DNA from: Gemmatimonadota bacterium
Lineage (GTDB): Bacteria; Gemmatimonadota; Gemmatimonadetes; Palauibacterales; Palauibacteraceae
Assembly: GCA_046758745.1 (NCBI GenBank)
Contig: JBHIAV010000006.1
Coordinates: forward strand, 23,468-87,467
Direction of reading: 5' to 3'
Length of the DNA stretch: 64,000 nt
Shown here: positions 40,349 through 51,242 of the stretch, one piece after another
Layout of the letters: every line of letters starts with the position of its first letter
How positions within the stretch are numbered: position 1 is the first letter of the stretch
Program-made: the position numbers and the translations under genes
Notes under the pieces: model-generated
The model's database searches: none
Told to the model about the DNA's origin: nothing
The model's input: only the letters and a program-made list of their open reading frames with translations

Positions 40349-41392
40349 TCAGACCTTGATGCATCGCGCCCGCTGGCCCGGCCTCTTCTCCTCCAGGGAT
40401 GGCACGGCGGTCAGGCACTCAGGCCCCTTCGCGGGGTGCGGGCAGCGGGGATAGAAGGGGCATCCCGCCCGCGACTCCGGCCACGCCAGCGGGTCGCCCC
40501 CCAGGACGATTCGCTCTCGTCCCGCTGGCGGATGTGGCCTCGGCACGGCGGCGAGGAGGGCTCGCGTGTACGGGTGCAGCGGTTCCCGGAAGAGGGAGTC
40601 CGCATTCGCCAGCTCCACGATCCGTCCGAGGTACATCACGGCCACCCGGTCGCTCACCTGCCGAACGACGGCCAGGTCGTGCGCGATGAAGAGGTAGGTG
40701 AGGCCGAGGTGCTCCTTCAGGTCGGCGAGGAGGTTCAAGACCTGGGCCTGGACGGAGACGTCGAGCGCTGAGACGGGCTCGTCGGCCACGATGAACTCGG
40801 GCTCCACGCTCAGGGCGCGGGCAATCCCGATCCTCTGTCGCTGGCCACCGGAGAACTCGTGAGGGTACCGGTCGGCATCACGAGCGGGAAGTCCGACGAG
40901 CTCCAGAAGCTCGACGATTCGATCTTCCGCTTCCACGCCGCGGGCGATCCCGTGGACCCGCAGGGCCTCCCGCAGGGCCGCCGCCACCGTGAGCCGGGGA
41001 TTCAGGGAGCCGAACGGGTCCTGGAAGACGATCTGCGCCCGCCGCCGGAACTCTCGGAGCTCGGCGCCGTGGAGTTCAGCGATGTCCTGTCCCGCGTATC
41101 GAACCTTCCCCGCCGTCGGCTCTTCAAGACGAAGGAGAAGCCGTCCGATCGTGCTCTTCCCGCACCCCGACTCTCCGACGAGCCCGAGCGTCTCTCCCGC
41201 CCTCACGGTGAGCGAGAGATCCTGGACCGCTCGCACCCCGTCCCGGCGCCGGCGGGCGCGCGCCAGTGGACCGCCGGCGGGCGGGTAGTGCTTGACGAGA
41301 CCGCGTGCCTCGACGAGAGGGGCAGCCGCCGCACGGAGCATCTCGCCGTCCCCCGATGGCTGCCCTTCGCCCCACGACGCGCGCCGGTTCAT
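40349..41392 (-). CDS. peptide ABC transporter ATP-binding protein (OppF/DppF-like)
   Basis: Walker [10 protein letters not shown], signature FSGGQRQR and an oligopeptide C-terminal domain. Start at MNRRASW with GGAGGAGG 4 nt upstream. Confidence 0.85.
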   Translation of the reverse strand: MNRRASWGEGQPSGDGEMLRAAAAPLVEARGLVKHYPPAGGPLARARRRRDGVRAVQDLSLTVRAGETLGLVGESGCGKSTIGRLLLRLEEPTAGKVRYAGQDIAELHGAELREFRRRAQIVFQDPFGSLNPRLTVAAALREALRVHGIARGVEAEDRIVELLELVGLPARDADRYPHEFSGGQRQRIGIARALSVEPEFIVADEPVSALDVSVQAQVLNLLADLKEHLGLTYLFIAHDLAVVRQVSDRVAVMYLGRIVELANADSLFREPLHPYTRALLAAVPRPHPPAGRERIVLGGDPLAWPESRAGCPFYPRCPHPAKGPECLTAVPSLEEKRPGQRARCIKV

Positions 41393-41438
41393 CGCACCTC
41401 CTCCTTCGGGACGCCCCCCTCGCCGCTCGGCCGATCGC

Positions 41439-42458
41439 TCATTCGTCCCCGGACGCGCCGCGAGTGGCGCGGCGCCCCGGCTCCTCGACGAGCCAGCACC
41501 GGGCGCGGGTTCGGCCTGCATCCAGCATGGGCGGCTCGAACTCACGACAGCGTTCCCACGCGTGGCGGCAGCGCGGGTGGAACCGGCACCCGGCCGGCCA
41601 CTCCACGGGCCGCGGCACCGAGCCTCGGATGGGGGCGAGGCGCGCGGCGGTCCGGTCGAGGGCGGGAACCGAGCGCAGCAGACCTTCCGAGTAGGGGTGT
41701 CGCGGCGCGGCGAGAAAGTCCGCCACGGGACCCTCCTCGACCACACGCCCGGCGTACATCACCGCCACCCGGTCCGCCATCTCGGCCACCACGCCGAGGT
41801 CGTGCGTGATGAGGAGGATCGCCATCCCGAACTCCGCCTGCAGCGATCGGAGCAGATCCAGGATCTGGGCCTGGATCGTAACGTCGAGCGCAGTGGTCGG
41901 CTCATCGGCGATGAGGACGGTGGGCCGGCATGACAGCGCCATGGCGATCATGACCCGCTGGCGCATCCCCCCGGAGAGCTGGTGCGGGAAGGCGCGCACT
42001 CGACTCTCGGACTCCGGGATCCCCACCCGATCCAGCAGCCGTATGACCTCATCTCGTAGAGCGGCGCCGCGCAGCCCCCGGTGCTCCCGGATCGCTTCCC
42101 CGATCTGATCCCCGATCGTGAACACCGGGTTGAGGCTCGTCATCGGCTCCTGGAAGATCATGGCGATCTCGCCCCCCCGCACCTCCCGCATCTCCGCCTC
42201 GGCGAGGCTCAGGAGCTCGCGACCCTGCAGCCGAATACTCGAGCCGGCGAGGATTTCCCCGGGCGGGTGTGGCACGAGGCGGAGGACCGAGAGCGCGGTC
42301 ATCGACTTGCCGCATCCCGACTCTCCCACCAGACCCAGGGTGGCGCCCGCCTCGAGCTGAAGCGACACACCGTCCACGGCCCGCGCGACACCGTCCTCCG
42401 TCCGGAACCAGGTCCGCAGGTTCTCGACGGCGAGGACGGGCACGCTCATTCGCTCCAT
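41439..42458 (-). CDS. peptide ABC transporter ATP-binding protein (OppD/DppD-like)
   Basis: Walker [11 protein letters not shown] and signature LSGGMRQRV. Confidence 0.85.
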   Translation of the reverse strand: MERMSVPVLAVENLRTWFRTEDGVARAVDGVSLQLEAGATLGLVGESGCGKSMTALSVLRLVPHPPGEILAGSSIRLQGRELLSLAEAEMREVRGGEIAMIFQEPMTSLNPVFTIGDQIGEAIREHRGLRGAALRDEVIRLLDRVGIPESESRVRAFPHQLSGGMRQRVMIAMALSCRPTVLIADEPTTALDVTIQAQILDLLRSLQAEFGMAILLITHDLGVVAEMADRVAVMYAGRVVEEGPVADFLAAPRHPYSEGLLRSVPALDRTAARLAPIRGSVPRPVEWPAGCRFHPRCRHAWERCREFEPPMLDAGRTRARCWLVEEPGRRATRGASGDE

Positions 42459-42528
42459 GGCGGGCCGGCCCGCCCGCCCGGCCCAGGGCGACGTCGGCTC
42501 ATCCAGAAGTCCGAGCACGGACCGTGGC

Positions 42529-43662
42529 TCATTCGCTCAGCCTCGGATCCAGCGCGTCCCTCAGCCCATCGCCCACCAGGTTGAAGGCCATCACGGTGAA
42601 AACGATCGCCAGGCCGGGGAAGGCCGTGATCCACCACGCGTCCAGAATCGCGTCCCGCCCCTCCGAGACCATCCCCCCCCAGCTCGCCGTCGGCGGCGGC
42701 ACGCCGAGGCCGAGGAAGCTCAGCGCGGCTTCGGCGAGAATCGTGTTACCGATTCCGAGCGTCGCGGCCACGATGACCGGCGTGAGCACATTCGGAAGGA
42801 TGTGCCGGCCGATGATGCGGCCGGCGCGATAGCCGAGGGCCCGGGCCGCCTGCACGTACTCCAGCTCCCGGACCGCCAGCACCTGCCCGCGCACGATGCG
42901 GGACGTGCCCATCCATCCGGTCAGCCCGAGCACGAGCGTGACCAGGGCGATGGAGGGGTTGAAGATCGCCACCACCGCGATGAGGAGCACGAGCCGGGGA
43001 AAGCTGAGGAGAAGGTCGACGAAGCGCATGGTGAGCGCGTCGGCCCACCCCCCGGCGTAGCCGGCCATCGCCCCGAGCAGCGTCCCAAGGGTGATGGCGA
43101 TCGCCACCGCCAGGAAGCCGATGGACAGACTGATGCGGGCCCCGTACAGGACCCGGCTGAACACGTCGCGGCCGAACTCATCGGTCCCCATCGGATGGGT
43201 GAGGGAGGGAGGAAGGTAGCGCGTGGCGACGATGTCCCCGATCGCGTCCGGGTCGAAGGGAGCCAGGTAGGGCGTCAGCAGCGCCGCCAGCGCCAGCGCC
43301 AGCATGAGAACGAGCCCGCCGAGCGCCTGCCGATGCCGCCGGAAGCGACGCCAAGCCACCACCCACTGCGAGCGGCCAGCGGGCGCCTGCGTCGGCCGCG
43401 CAATCCTCCCCCCGGAGCGGTTCGCCGCCAGCCAGCAAGCGGCCAGGACGCCCATTAGGGTGATGAGCGCCACCCACTCGTCGACGGCGCCGCCTCCCAG
43501 CGTGACGACCATGCGCGGCCACCTCCAAACGAGGAGGGCGAGCAGGAGCACCCACCCCCCGGCGAGGACCGTGCCCAGTGGACGGCGACGGACGATGAGA
43601 GAAACACCCGGCAGGGCCCGGTCCAGGGTGCGCGCCCACCGCGGTGCGGGCTCGCTATCCAT
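42529..43662 (-). CDS. peptide ABC transporter permease (OppC/DppC-like)
   Basis: BPD-transporter permease with an N-terminal OppC extension and an EAA-like motif. Confidence 0.85.
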   Translation of the reverse strand: MDSEPAPRWARTLDRALPGVSLIVRRRPLGTVLAGGWVLLLALLVWRWPRMVVTLGGGAVDEWVALITLMGVLAACWLAANRSGGRIARPTQAPAGRSQWVVAWRRFRRHRQALGGLVLMLALALAALLTPYLAPFDPDAIGDIVATRYLPPSLTHPMGTDEFGRDVFSRVLYGARISLSIGFLAVAIAITLGTLLGAMAGYAGGWADALTMRFVDLLLSFPRLVLLIAVVAIFNPSIALVTLVLGLTGWMGTSRIVRGQVLAVRELEYVQAARALGYRAGRIIGRHILPNVLTPVIVAATLGIGNTILAEAALSFLGLGVPPPTASWGGMVSEGRDAILDAWWITAFPGLAIVFTVMAFNLVGDGLRDALDPRLSE

Positions 43663-44482
43663 ACCTGATCCTCGGGTCGACGACGGCGTACAGCAGGTCC
43701 GCCAGGAGGTTGCCGATCAGCACGAGTGCAGCGAACAGGAAGCTCGCGGCGAGCACGACCGGCGTGTCGCGGGCGATCACCGCATCGTACAGCAGTCGGC
43801 CCATGCCGGGCCACGAGAAGACCACCTCGATGACGACGGCGCCTCCGAAGAGAAGCGGGAGGTACAGCCCGAACAGGCTTACGATCGGAATGAGGCCGTT
43901 GCGCAGCGCGTGCTTGAGGATGACGCGCGCCTCCGACAGGCCCTTCGCACGCGCGGTTCGGATGTAGTCCTGACCGATCACCTCGAGAAGGGAGCCCCGC
44001 ATGTAGCGAGCCACACCGGCGGCGGACGCGATCCCCAGCGCGACCGATGGGAGCACCAGATGTTGCAGGCGGTCGAGCGCCTTCTGCCATGGGGTCAGGA
44101 AAGCGTAGTCGATGTCCGTGATGCCGGAGATCGGGAGACGGAGGCCGTCGGGGACCGCCGAGGATGAGAAGAGGATCACCAGCATGAGCCCGAGCCAGAA
44201 GCCGGGTATCGAGTAGATGAAGAGCGTGAGAAAGGTGAGGACTCCGTCCAGCCGTGAGTACTTGCGGACCGCTTGCACCGTCCCCACGGTGCACCCGATC
44301 AGGAAGATGAGGCCGAGGGAGACGGCGCTCAGCAGCAGGGTGTTCGGGAGGGCGTCCCGGACCACATCGCGCACGGGACGGAACTGGCTGAAGCTGTAGC
44401 CGAAGTCCCCCCTGAGGAAGGAGCCGAGCCAGCGCACGTACTGGACGTGGACCGGTCGATCCAGCCCCATGTTCCGTCGCAT
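43655..44482 (-). CDS. peptide ABC transporter permease (OppB/DppB-like); conserved N-terminus lies upstream of the only canonical start
   Basis: MRRNMGLDRPVHVQY onward matches DppB. The in-frame upstream 44483-44641 encodes the conserved RLIRYAATRTLGAVPLLLGILTLVFFILHLAPGD but contains no ATG/GTG/TTG. Confidence 0.75.
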   Translation of the reverse strand: MRRNMGLDRPVHVQYVRWLGSFLRGDFGYSFSQFRPVRDVVRDALPNTLLLSAVSLGLIFLIGCTVGTVQAVRKYSRLDGVLTFLTLFIYSIPGFWLGLMLVILFSSSAVPDGLRLPISGITDIDYAFLTPWQKALDRLQHLVLPSVALGIASAAGVARYMRGSLLEVIGQDYIRTARAKGLSEARVILKHALRNGLIPIVSLFGLYLPLLFGGAVVIEVVFSWPGMGRLLYDAVIARDTPVVLAASFLFAALVLIGNLLADLLYAVVDPRIRYG

Positions 44483-44702
44483 CTGCTCGATGACTTCGGG
44501 GGGGATGTTCGGGTTGAAGTACGCGGCGGTCGCATCGCCGGGGGCCAGGTGGAGGATGAAGAAGACGAGGGTCAGGATCCCGAGGAGGAGCGGGACCGCA
44601 CCCAGCGTCCGGGTGGCTGCATAGCGGATCAGCCGTCCCTCCCGGCGGCGCGACCGCCGGACCGCGGCCCGGCGGCGCCCTCGCCGACCCTCGCCGGCGT
44701 GC

Positions 44703-46466
44703 TCACCTCGCGGCGCCTCGCCGCTCGTCCGGCATCAGCCACCAGCGGCTCACCGAGGCCCAGTCGCCGCGGGCGTCGGGCTCGAATCCCCGAAGCACGC
44801 GGCGCAACGCGTCGGCCCGCTTCTCGAAGTAGAGGAATGTGTAGGGCTGGTCGGTCGCGATGATCTCGTGGTAGTGCCGGATGAGATCCTTCCGACGCTC
44901 CCGATCCACCGTCAGGGGGATCGAGTCGAGCACGGGGTCGAGCTCCGGATTGCAGTAGCTGGTGAACTGGAGAGGTTGACCCAGCTGGTCGCACGCCCAC
45001 AGGTCGCGGTCGTTGAGGAAGACGTCCCGCACCCAGGCCAGCACCGCCGCGTCGTAGCGACGGTCGGGGCTCGTCACGGCATCCCGGAGGGCCGCGGACT
45101 CCCGGACGCGGGGTATCGCCTCGACCCCCACGCGGGCCAGCGCCGCCTGCACCACCACCGCGATGTCCCGGCGCTCCTTCATCTCGTTCGTCATCAGCTC
45201 GAAGCTGAACCGTATACCCTCCCTCTCGCGTACGCCGTCGCCGTCCCTGTCGCGCCAGCCGGCTCGATCGAGGATCGCCGCCGCCGAGTCGGGCGCGTAT
45301 GGAAGAGGCCGCCACGTCGGATCGAACGCCGGGTGCCAGGGACCGACCGGACCCGCGGCCGGGGTGCCGAGCCCGCCGCGCACGGCCCGCAGCAGCTCCT
45401 CCCGGTCGATGGCCATGGTGAGAGCACGGCGCAGCTCCGGCGAGGCGAAGTACGGCCGAAGCGAGTTCCACGCGATGAAGCTGTACGTCGGCGAGGGGAA
45501 ATCGACCGTGGCCAGGGAAGGATGCGCGGCCAGGCGCGGCAGGCGGTCGGGCGCGACGTCCACGTACAGGTCGACCCGGCCCGACGAGAGCTCGGCGAGC
45601 GCGGCCGTCTCTTCCGGAATCACCCGGTAGACGAGCCGATCGAGGTACGGTCGGCCACCCAGCCCGGCCGGGAAATCCGGGTTGGCCTCGAATACCCAGC
45701 GCTCGCCGGGCACGCGCTCGACGAACCGGAACGGGCCGCTCCCCACCGGGCTCGACGTGCCGAAGGGATGGCCCTGCAGCCGGCCCGGCGGCACACCGCC
45801 GAGGATATGCCGCGGCATGATCGCCGTCACCGCCCAGCCGTAAAGGAAGTCGCCATGCGGCCGGATGAGGAAACGGATCCTGTGCTCATCCACCACCTCG
45901 GCGACCTCCCAGCGGTCGAAGTAGCTGCGGTTGGCGAACGGGACCTCGGGATCCTTGGCCCGGTCGAAGGTGAAGGCGACGTCGGCCGCCGTCACGGGGG
46001 TTCCATCATGCCACCGCACGTCGTCGCGCAGGTGGAAGAGTACTTCCGTCGTATCGGCGTTCACCTCCCACGAGCGGGCGAGGAACGGCTCCTCGACGAA
46101 CCCGGGGCCGTGCCGCACCAGCGTGGTGAAGAGGACGTAGACCTGATGCTGCAGCGTGTAGTAGTCGGAGGAGGTGAGCGAGTTCATCGAGTGGAGGTCG
46201 CTCATCCCCGCCACCACCACCGTGCCGCCGTAGCGCGCCTCTTCCGGAACGGTGTCGGCGTCAACCCGCGGAATGTCCTTGCCTTGGCGATCGCCGCAAC
46301 CGGCCGCCGCGAGGCCCGCGACCACCGCGCCAAACAGCGCGCCGCGGATCCACCGGCTAACGGCGTGCGTCACCGGCGCCCCGCGCCCCGCCCGGCGAGC
46401 CCGCAGGTCGGCAGGCAGGCGGTGAGTCCTCTCACCCGCCGCCGCCTCGACCGGAGCCTGCGTCAT
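44703..46466 (-). CDS. peptide ABC transporter substrate-binding protein (family 5 SBP), paralog 1
   Basis: Lipobox LAAAGC and the SBP_bac_5 fold (VRWHDGTPVTAADVAFTF). Alternative GTG start at 46373. Confidence 0.8.
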   Translation of the reverse strand: MTQAPVEAAAGERTHRLPADLRARRAGRGAPVTHAVSRWIRGALFGAVVAGLAAAGCGDRQGKDIPRVDADTVPEEARYGGTVVVAGMSDLHSMNSLTSSDYYTLQHQVYVLFTTLVRHGPGFVEEPFLARSWEVNADTTEVLFHLRDDVRWHDGTPVTAADVAFTFDRAKDPEVPFANRSYFDRWEVAEVVDEHRIRFLIRPHGDFLYGWAVTAIMPRHILGGVPPGRLQGHPFGTSSPVGSGPFRFVERVPGERWVFEANPDFPAGLGGRPYLDRLVYRVIPEETAALAELSSGRVDLYVDVAPDRLPRLAAHPSLATVDFPSPTYSFIAWNSLRPYFASPELRRALTMAIDREELLRAVRGGLGTPAAGPVGPWHPAFDPTWRPLPYAPDSAAAILDRAGWRDRDGDGVREREGIRFSFELMTNEMKERRDIAVVVQAALARVGVEAIPRVRESAALRDAVTSPDRRYDAAVLAWVRDVFLNDRDLWACDQLGQPLQFTSYCNPELDPVLDSIPLTVDRERRKDLIRHYHEIIATDQPYTFLYFEKRADALRRVLRGFEPDARGDWASVSRWWLMPDERRGAAR

Positions 46467-48078
46467 CCACCGTGCCCTCCCGCCGCCACCTCCACCGCCG
46501 GAGGGTTACCAGCTCGCCGCGCGCGTCCATGCGCACTCCCTCGAGTCGACGGCTCACCGCAGCCAGCTCGTCCTGCCAGAAGAGGAGGGTGAGCGGTTGG
46601 TCACGCTGCAGGACGCGGGTGAATTCCGTCCAGATCTCCGCCGCCTTCGTGGTGTCCAGGGTGACGGCTCCCAGATCCATCAGGCTGTCCGCCACCGGGT
46701 TCGCGTAGGAGCTCCGGTTCGCGCTGTTCTCGATCTGAAGCTGGCTGCTGTGGAAGAGCGGACGCGGATCGACGCGGAAGTTGTCGAGCACCCAGTTCGT
46801 CAGGACGGCGTCGAAGTCGCGTGCGCGGTGGCGGCCGAGCACCGTCTGCCACTCCAGGAGCCTCGGCTCGAGCTCCACCCCGATGCGGCGAAGCTGCGCC
46901 TGGATGATCTGCGCCATGTCGCCGTAGATGGGGTTACGCTGGTTGGTGAGCAGCTCGAAGCGGAAGGGACGCCCGTCCCGGTCCCGCACGCCGTCCCCGT
47001 CGCTGTCCCGCCAGCCAGCCCGTTCCAGGAGAATGGCCGCCGAATCCGGATCGTACGGCAGCGGCTCGATTTCGGGAGCGTAGCGATGCCACGGGGGCAC
47101 CACGCCCGAGGCGACGTGGCCGTACCCGAGGAGGACGGCGTCGACGAGCGCCTGGCGGTCGATCGCCATGGCGAGCGCGCGACGGATCTCCACCGTGGTG
47201 AAGGGCTCCCGCCGCGTGTTCCACCCGATGTAGCTGAACTGGCGCCACGGGAAGGCGACGAGGCGCACCCCATCCGCGTCCCGCACCCGCGGAACCTCCG
47301 CGGGACCGAGCGTCCCGTACACATGCACGCTCCCGCCGAGGAGCTCGGCCAGCAGCGTGGTGGCCTCCGGCACGATGCGATAGATGATGCGACCGATCGG
47401 AGGCGGGCCACCCAGGGACGGCGCGAACTCGGGGTTGCCTTCGAAGACGAGCCGCTGGTTCACCTCCCAGCTCACAAACCGGTATGGGCCGCTGCCGACG
47501 GGTGAGCGGCCGAACGGATGACGGGCGAGCTCCTCCGGGGGAACATCCTCCAGGAGGTGCCGCGGCACCGGGGGCCAGAAGAAGTCCTCCAGCGGCTCGG
47601 CGTGCGGGGAGGCGAACGTGAAGCGGATCTCGCGCTCGCCCAGGATCTCCGCCCCTGCGACGTTGGCCAGATACGCGGCAGCGAGGGGAGAAGCCGTCCT
47701 TGGATCCTTCGCCCGCTCGAAGGTGAAGAGGACGTCGGCGGCGGTGACCGGCTCGCCGTCATGCCACCTGACATCGGACCGGAGTCGGAAGACCACCTCG
47801 TCCTCGGCGATCTCCCAGGACTCCGCCAGGCCGGGCGCGATGTTGGAGGCGGAATCGTACTCGACGAGCGGCGTGAAGAGGAGATAGTAGATGAGCTCGT
47901 TCGCGTTCGTGTCCGTGCTGGTCAGGGGGTTGAGCGTTTGCAGCTCCGAGGAATACCCGAGGACCAGGGCACGCTCGGGCCGCGCACCGCTCCCTCCGCC
48001 TCCGCACGACAGTACGGCGAGCGCGGCGGAGAGGCCGAGGTACCCGAGCCTCCAGGCCGGCCCGATTACCGCCGCCAT
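46432..48078 (-). CDS. peptide ABC transporter substrate-binding protein (family 5 SBP), paralog 2
   Basis: Lipobox LAVLSCGGGG. VRWHDGEPVTAADVLFTF. Confidence 0.8.
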   Translation of the reverse strand: MAAVIGPAWRLGYLGLSAALAVLSCGGGGSGARPERALVLGYSSELQTLNPLTSTDTNANELIYYLLFTPLVEYDSASNIAPGLAESWEIAEDEVVFRLRSDVRWHDGEPVTAADVLFTFERAKDPRTASPLAAAYLANVAGAEILGEREIRFTFASPHAEPLEDFFWPPVPRHLLEDVPPEELARHPFGRSPVGSGPYRFVSWEVNQRLVFEGNPEFAPSLGGPPPIGRIIYRIVPEATTLLAELLGGSVHVYGTLGPAEVPRVRDADGVRLVAFPWRQFSYIGWNTRREPFTTVEIRRALAMAIDRQALVDAVLLGYGHVASGVVPPWHRYAPEIEPLPYDPDSAAILLERAGWRDSDGDGVRDRDGRPFRFELLTNQRNPIYGDMAQIIQAQLRRIGVELEPRLLEWQTVLGRHRARDFDAVLTNWVLDNFRVDPRPLFHSSQLQIENSANRSSYANPVADSLMDLGAVTLDTTKAAEIWTEFTRVLQRDQPLTLLFWQDELAAVSRRLEGVRMDARGELVTLRRWRWRREGTVDDAGSGRGGGG

Positions 48079-48911
48079 GTCCAGGCTCCCGAGCGATATC
48101 GGGCCTCGAGCCGCCTGGCCCTCTCCCTCTCCGCTGCGGTTGCCTCACCGGGCTCCACCTCGACCCCGAACTCCGAAGCGAAGCCCCGGGCCAGCGCTCC
48201 GCACAGTGCCGCGAGCGGCGGCAGCACTCCGAGGACGTCGGCCAGGCTCGCCGCCGCCACCGCGCCCTCCCTTCCCTTCCCGTTCAGCCGGAGGCGCTCG
48301 GCGAGCTGCTGGTCGTCGTGAAGGAGGATCGAGCCGTGCTGGAGAAGGGCTCCACCCTCCCGCCACTGGGCGCTTCCCACCAGCTTCCGCCCTCCGGCCA
48401 CCACCTCGCCGGGCATCGGGTGGCGGAAGCAGGCGCGCGGCGATGGTTGTCGGAGACCACTGCTGGCCCGACCCGGCGCGACCGCCGCGGGAACCCCCAG
48501 CTCGCGAAGGCCGGCCGCCAGCGCCCGGTTGATCCGGCGGTAGCTCTCACGCAGTCCCCCCCACGCGTCCGAGGGCGCCGTGACGCTGTAGGTGAGTTCG
48601 CGGTCGTGATAGACGGCGCGCCCTCCCGTCGGGCGGCGGACGATGTCGATTCCCAGCCGTTCGGCACGCCCGACGTCGTAACGCCCGCGGGCCGGTTCGT
48701 TCCGACCGAGGGAGAGACAGCCGGGAGCCCAGCCGTAGAAGCGAACCGTGAACCGCCCGCGGCGCCCCGATGCGAGGAGCGCTTCGTCGATCGCCATGTT
48801 CCACGCCCCGGGGGCTGGTCCATCGAGGATCAACCGGAAGGTCTTGGAGACGACGAAGGTGTGGGCCGTCCGATGCAGCCCGCCGGACGCCGCCGGGCCC
48901 GGGGGGGTCAT
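48066..48911 (-). CDS. lipoate-protein ligase / octanoyltransferase family protein (LplA/LipM-like BPL_LPL catalytic domain)
   Basis: LILDGPAPGAWNMAIDEALL, RFYGWAPGCLSLG and GRKLVGSAQ (catalytic Lys). Start at MTPPGP (codon 55 of the ORF). Confidence 0.7.
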   Translation of the reverse strand: MTPPGPAASGGLHRTAHTFVVSKTFRLILDGPAPGAWNMAIDEALLASGRRGRFTVRFYGWAPGCLSLGRNEPARGRYDVGRAERLGIDIVRRPTGGRAVYHDRELTYSVTAPSDAWGGLRESYRRINRALAAGLRELGVPAAVAPGRASSGLRQPSPRACFRHPMPGEVVAGGRKLVGSAQWREGGALLQHGSILLHDDQQLAERLRLNGKGREGAVAAASLADVLGVLPPLAALCGALARGFASEFGVEVEPGEATAAERERARRLEARYRSGAWTWRR

Positions 48912-48918
48912 GGGCGGC

Positions 48919-50409
48919 TCATTCCTCGGCGTTAGAGAACTCCCACCTGACATCGAGCCGCCGGCCCGCACGCCCCTCATCGAGCCGCCGCACCGGAGTC
49001 GTGTGCGGGGCGGCCCGGACGAAATCCGGATCGCGCTCCGACTCGCCCGCGATCTCCAGGAGCGCGTCGGCATAGCGGTCCAGCTCCTCCTTCGTCTCCG
49101 TCTCGGTGGGCTCCGTCATCAGAGCCTCCGAGACGATGAGCGGGAAGTAGATCGTCGGCGCATGGAAGCCGTAGTCGAGGAGACGCTTGGCGACGTCGAG
49201 CGTCCTGATCCCCGTCCTCCTCTTCAGCTCGGCGGCCGTGAACACCGATTCGTGCATCCCTCGGCCGAAGGGGAGAGGATAGCTCCCCTCGAGGCGGGTG
49301 CTCAGGTACGCGTTGTTCAGGACGGCCGCCTCGGCCGTCTCGCGGAGCCCCTCGCGCCCCAGCATGCGGATGTAGGTGTAGGCCCGCACGAGAACTCCGA
49401 AGTTCCCGTAGAAGCCATGTAGCTTGCCGATCGAGTCCGGAATGTTCCACTCGAGGACGTACTCGCCGTCGGGGCGGCGCATGACTCGCGGCGCGGGGAG
49501 GAAGCGCTCCAGCCGTGCCTTCACCGCCACCGGGCCGGCGCCCGGCCCACCCCCACCGTGCGGAGTGCTGAACGTCTTGTGCAGGTTGAAGTGCACGATG
49601 TCGTACCCCATGTCGCCCGGCCGGGCGACGCCCATCAGCGCGTTGAGGTTCGCCCCATCCATGTACATCAGGCCGCCCGCCCGGTGCACCAGACGGCAGA
49701 TGTCGCGGATCTCCCTCTCGAAGACACCCAGCGTGTTCGGGTTTGTGAGCATCATCCCCGCCACGGTGTCATCGAGCGCCGTGCGCAAGGCGTCGAGGTC
49801 CGTCCTCCCGTCGGGGTTCGATTTCAGGGTGACGGCTTCGAAGCCAGCCAGTGCGACGGTGGCCGGGTTGGTGCCGTGAGCGGAGTCCGGGATGAGGATC
49901 CGCCGACGGTTCGGTTCGCCGTTCGCCCGGTGGTAGGCGCGCATGAGGAGGACGCCGGTCAACTCCCCCTGCGCCCCGGCGGCCGGCTGCAGCGTGACGG
50001 CGTCCATCCCGGCTACCTCGCGCAGGATCTCCGCCAGCTCGTGCATGAGCCGGAGCGCGCCCTGCACCGCCATGTGCGGGGTGAACGGGTGAAGGTCGGC
50101 GAAGCCCGCAAGCCGTGCCATCGCCTCGTTCACCTTCGGGTTGTACTTCATGGTACACGACCCGAGAGGATACAGGGCGCGGTCCACGTGGTGGTTCTTG
50201 AGCGAGATCTCCGTGTAGTGACGAACCACCTCGTGCTCCGGCGCCTCCGGCAAGCGGGGAGGACGGGTGCGCAGATGCCGCGCCGGCATCAGCTCCTGCA
50301 GGGGACGGATCGGGACATCCGGCCGGGGCACGCGAACCCCGCGCCTTCCGCGCCGCGACTTCTCGAAGATCGTCGGCGTGACGTCACCCTGAAACGGAAA
50401 TGCGACCAC
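48919..50409 (-). CDS. gcvPB: glycine dehydrogenase (decarboxylating) subunit 2
   Basis: PLP-lysine region (NLHKTFSTPHGGGGPG) and a collinear GcvPB match. Confidence 0.9.
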   Translation of the reverse strand: MVAFPFQGDVTPTIFEKSRRGRRGVRVPRPDVPIRPLQELMPARHLRTRPPRLPEAPEHEVVRHYTEISLKNHHVDRALYPLGSCTMKYNPKVNEAMARLAGFADLHPFTPHMAVQGALRLMHELAEILREVAGMDAVTLQPAAGAQGELTGVLLMRAYHRANGEPNRRRILIPDSAHGTNPATVALAGFEAVTLKSNPDGRTDLDALRTALDDTVAGMMLTNPNTLGVFEREIRDICRLVHRAGGLMYMDGANLNALMGVARPGDMGYDIVHFNLHKTFSTPHGGGGPGAGPVAVKARLERFLPAPRVMRRPDGEYVLEWNIPDSIGKLHGFYGNFGVLVRAYTYIRMLGREGLRETAEAAVLNNAYLSTRLEGSYPLPFGRGMHESVFTAAELKRRTGIRTLDVAKRLLDYGFHAPTIYFPLIVSEALMTEPTETETKEELDRYADALLEIAGESERDPDFVRAAPHTTPVRRLDEGRAGRRLDVRWEFSNAEE

Positions 50410-50428
50410 CCGCCCGCCCCCTCTCCCC

Positions 50429-51121
50429 TCAGAACCCGTATGTCCCCCCCGCTGCCAGAACGATCACCTCCGCGGTGGCCCCCACGCGCCTCGCGAAGGC
50501 ATGCGGATCCTGACGAATCAGCTCCCACGTATCGTAATGGATCGGGATCACCGCGCGAGGCCGAATCATCTCCACGGCGCGCGCGGCGTCCTCCGGACCC
50601 ATGGTGAAGTTGTCGCCGATCGGGAGGAGCGCGACGTCCACCTGACCCTGAAGGAGCTGCATCTCCATGAGAAGGGCCGTGTCGCCCGCGTGGTATATCC
50701 GGCTGCCGTCCACCGTGACGAGGAGGCCGGCGGGGACCGTCGTGTATCCCTCCGCCCCTTCCCCCGCCACCTGTCCGCCGTGCAGGGCGGGAGTGAGCTT
50801 CACCCGGCCGAACGGGAAGTCGTGACCGCCGCCGATGTGCATCGGATGGGCGTTCTCCACTCCCTGGTGCGCCTGTGCGTAGCTCACGATCTCGAAGGTG
50901 GCGATCAACGTCGCTCCGGTCTTCCGCAGCAGCTCGTAGCCGTCTCCCGTATGATCGAAGTGCCCGTGCGTGAACAGGACGTAGTCCAGGCGGTCCTGGA
51001 AATGTTCCGGTCCGACGTCGGCCTTCGGGTTCTCGGTGAGGAACGGGTCTATGAGCAGCCGCGTGCCGTCGCCAGCCACGATCTCGGTGCAGGCGTGGCC
51101 GTGGAAGATCAGCTGGCCCAT
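50429..51121 (-). CDS. MBL-fold metal-dependent hydrolase (UPF0173-like)
   Basis: HGHFDH motif. 230 aa. Confidence 0.8.
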   Translation of the reverse strand: MGQLIFHGHACTEIVAGDGTRLLIDPFLTENPKADVGPEHFQDRLDYVLFTHGHFDHTGDGYELLRKTGATLIATFEIVSYAQAHQGVENAHPMHIGGGHDFPFGRVKLTPALHGGQVAGEGAEGYTTVPAGLLVTVDGSRIYHAGDTALLMEMQLLQGQVDVALLPIGDNFTMGPEDAARAVEMIRPRAVIPIHYDTWELIRQDPHAFARRVGATAEVIVLAAGGTYGF

Positions 51122-51242
51122 TCATACCTCCTTCCGCACGAGACGAGGACCCCCGACCCGTGCCCGGATGGCGGCCCGGCGCGATCTCCGCGGTACAGGA
51201 CGTGAGGCGCGGCGCCGGCGCGGTCGGGGTGGCGTTCGCGCA

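Noticed and set aside
44868-46592. 574-aa plus ORF
   Set aside because: Antisense to the SBP gene.
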